Assembly (NCBI GenBank): GCA_034780895.1
Contig: JAUZTB010000069.1
Location: 20,291,035-20,355,034, forward strand
DNA from: Rhynchobatus australiae
Taxonomy: Eukaryota
Reading direction: 5' to 3'
Length of the DNA: 64,000 nt
In this document: positions 61,860 to 64,000 of the stretch, one piece after another
Numbering within the stretch: position 1 is the first letter of the stretch
How the letters are laid out: each line of letters starts with the position of its first letter
Notes under the pieces: generated by a model
Database searches by the model: none
What the model saw: the letters and a program-made list of their open reading frames with translations, nothing else
What the model was told of the DNA's origin: nothing
Translations under genes and position numbers: made by a program

Positions 61860-62936
61860 GGGACACTGATGAAATATCATTGACCTGAAATGTTAACTCT
61901 GCTTCTCTCTTCACAGATGTTGTCTGAGTTGCTGGGTATTTCTTGCAATCTCTTTTATTGCAGGCTTTGGAATCTGCGGTGTTCTGTATCTCACACTTCC
62001 AGCCTTATCTTTTCTTCTCTCTCTCATCTCTCCTCATTGGTTTCCTTCCACTAACATCTCTCCAGACAGATCACAGGTGATTAACCAGACCTCACCTCCT
62101 TCTCTCAGTTGGCAGTGACATCATTTGCATCACAGTCTCTCCTGGTCACCACCCTGTCACCAATATCCCCTGGCAACAAACAAAATGCTGGAGGAATTCG
62201 GGGGTTGAGCAGTGTCTGTGGAGGAAAATAGACAGTTTGGGGTCTAGACTCGCTGGCAAGTGACAGGTGGATTCAAGTGAGGAAGGGTGATAGGGCAGAT
62301 GGAGGAGGGAAGAGTGGAAATAGCGACNNNNNNNNNNNNNNNNNNNNNNNNNNNNNNNNNNNNNNNNNNNNNNNNNNNNNNNNNNNNNNNNNNNNNNNNN
62401 NNNNNNNNNNNNNNNNNNNNNNNNNNNNNNNNNNNNNNNNNNNNNNNNNNNNNNNNNNNNNNNNNNNNNNNNNNNNNNNNNNNNNNNNNNNNNNNNNNNN
62501 NNNNNNNNNNNNNNNNNNNNNNNNNNNNNNNNNNNNNNNNNNNNNNNNNNNNNNNNNNCCCTGGGGGGGGGGCCGGGGGTGAGTGCAGGAAGAACTGGGG
62601 GGATCAGGAGGAGAGAAAATAGAGACAAGGGACAGAGGGGGAGCAGCTTACCTGAAACTGGAGAACTCAATATTCATACTGTCCGGTTGTTAACTACCCA
62701 GGTTTTCCTCCTCTATTTTGTTTGTTGCTCCAGATTCCAGCACCTGCAGTCTCTTACATCACTACTAAAATCCCCTTTATTCGATCCACCCCTTCACCAT
62801 CCATTCTGATGGAAGGTCACCGACCTGAAACATTAACCCTGTTTCTCTCCCCATATATGCTGACTGACCTGCTGAGCATTGCTGGCACTTTCTGTTCTTA
62901 TTTCAGATTTCCAGCATTTGCAGAGTGTCACTTTTG
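61860..62936 (+). mobile_element. pLTR-spacer-pLTR unit (family 1), interrupted by a Penelope-like insertion
   Basis: Cores CTGATGA..GACCT-GAAA at 61866-61890 and CTGATGG-A-AGGTC-ACC-GACCT-GAAAC at 62806-62831; each followed by the pLTR tail; spacer shared with 43056-43200. Confidence 0.8.
62172..62769 (-). mobile_element. Penelope-like 3' fragment with inverted pLTR tail and flanking ATCCCCT duplication
   Basis: ORF end QPDSMNIEFSSFR* at 62648-62690; GCAACAAACAAAAT (62173-62186) inverted at 62715-62728; ATCCCCT at 62165-62171 and 62770-62776. Confidence 0.8.
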
Positions 62937-64000
62937 AAAGAACATTGACTGCAATTCTCTCACCTAGAAGTCCACTGCAGCAGATTTGCCGCTCTAAGAT
63001 AGATGAATTGGATAAATGAATGGCTTAAAAAATAACAACTAATCATCCAAAAAAAAAGATATCTAGGCAGAATTCAGCTGTGAATAGCGTGGTACAGGGC
63101 TATGTGTTGGCACAATTGCTGTTTATCATTTTTAAATGACAGCTCTCTGCAGTGAGCTGCAAAAAGTCAACATTTTAAAAGAAGGGCAGCAGAAATTGAT
63201 ATAACAAAAAAAAAACTTGGGTTGAATTTCTGCCAAACAGTACAATTCAGCCGCAGTAGTTGCAGAAAAAAAATTGAGTTGTAAATCTACGAATGCTTGT
63301 GTTGTTCATTATGCTTCATCGAAAATCATCTTGCTTGAGTCAGACCTTACCACACTTTCAATGAGAAATAACGNNNNNNNNNNNNNNNNNNNNNNNNNNN
63401 NNNNNNNNNNNNNNNNNNNNNNNNNNNNNNNNNNNNNNNNNNNNNNNNNNNNNNNNNNNNNNNNNNNNNNNNNAACGGAGACTGCAAATTTTCTCCAATT
63501 GTACCTGGGGGCAGGGGGTGTTAAATTATGTTTATTTTTAACAGTGCTCATGTCACAAATTGATGCATTAATAAATAAAGTTAAATCTTTCCAACTGATC
63601 CCCTTAGGACAAGACATGTTTGGTCATTGAAGGCTGGATGACTTTTAATCTTTTATGTCAGCTAAGAAGCTTATTAGAAGCTTAGGAAATGACTAACTTG
63701 ATTGATTATTTTTCTTATTATTCTCATTATTGAAATTATATTGCACAAAATCAGCAGAAATAAACTGAGAGTGCCCCCAGTCTGCTGAACACAAAACTAA
63801 AATAGAGTAATGAACTCTTTGTAAGAAACAGGCACACCAGGCTATTATAGTCAAAAGTGGAAACACTTGCAGTCCTTCAAGTAAGCGTTGCACTAATGAT
63901 ATAAAAGGACTGAGGGAATAAATACACCTCAGGCTTTTTACGTTGGCTGTGGGGCTACCTTTACTATATTGGAATAATGATTTCTCCTCATGCAGAGCTG

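Noticed and set aside
1-64000. CRISPR arrays, operons or other prokaryotic systems
   Set aside because: No regularly spaced repeats or gene-dense coding; the sequence is vertebrate repeat-rich DNA.

Overview
AT-rich, CpG-depleted vertebrate DNA from a gapped short-read scaffold (many N runs, eight of exactly 100 N). The repeat content (CR1 LINEs with V-domain tRNA-SINE partners, Penelope-like fragments, Rex1, L2, Deu-type SINE) points to a cartilaginous fish, probably a ray or other batoid; this is inference from recalled repeat families, not a database hit. I found no recognisable host exon, tRNA or rRNA gene, so the window reads as a large intron or gene desert. Nearly every ORF-track entry is a transposon fragment, a gap-spanning artefact or noise. 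Contents: many decayed retroelements (CR1, a second CR1/L2-group LINE, L2, Rex1/Babar, RTE-like, a Mag-type Gypsy fossil, three solo LTRs of one family), Harbinger fossils, several nested insertions, and a few repeat-free blocks that may be conserved enhancers. The most interesting signal is about 17 Penelope-type terminal repeats carrying degenerate hammerhead-ribozyme cores (CTGATGA...GAAAC). Some are arranged as small non-coding repeat-spacer-repeat units of about 290-335 nt that recur at distant sites and resemble non-autonomous retrozyme-like elements. A second signal is a SINE that appears to be built from the 5' and 3' ends of a LINE also present in the window. Family names and most boundaries are by eye and approximate.
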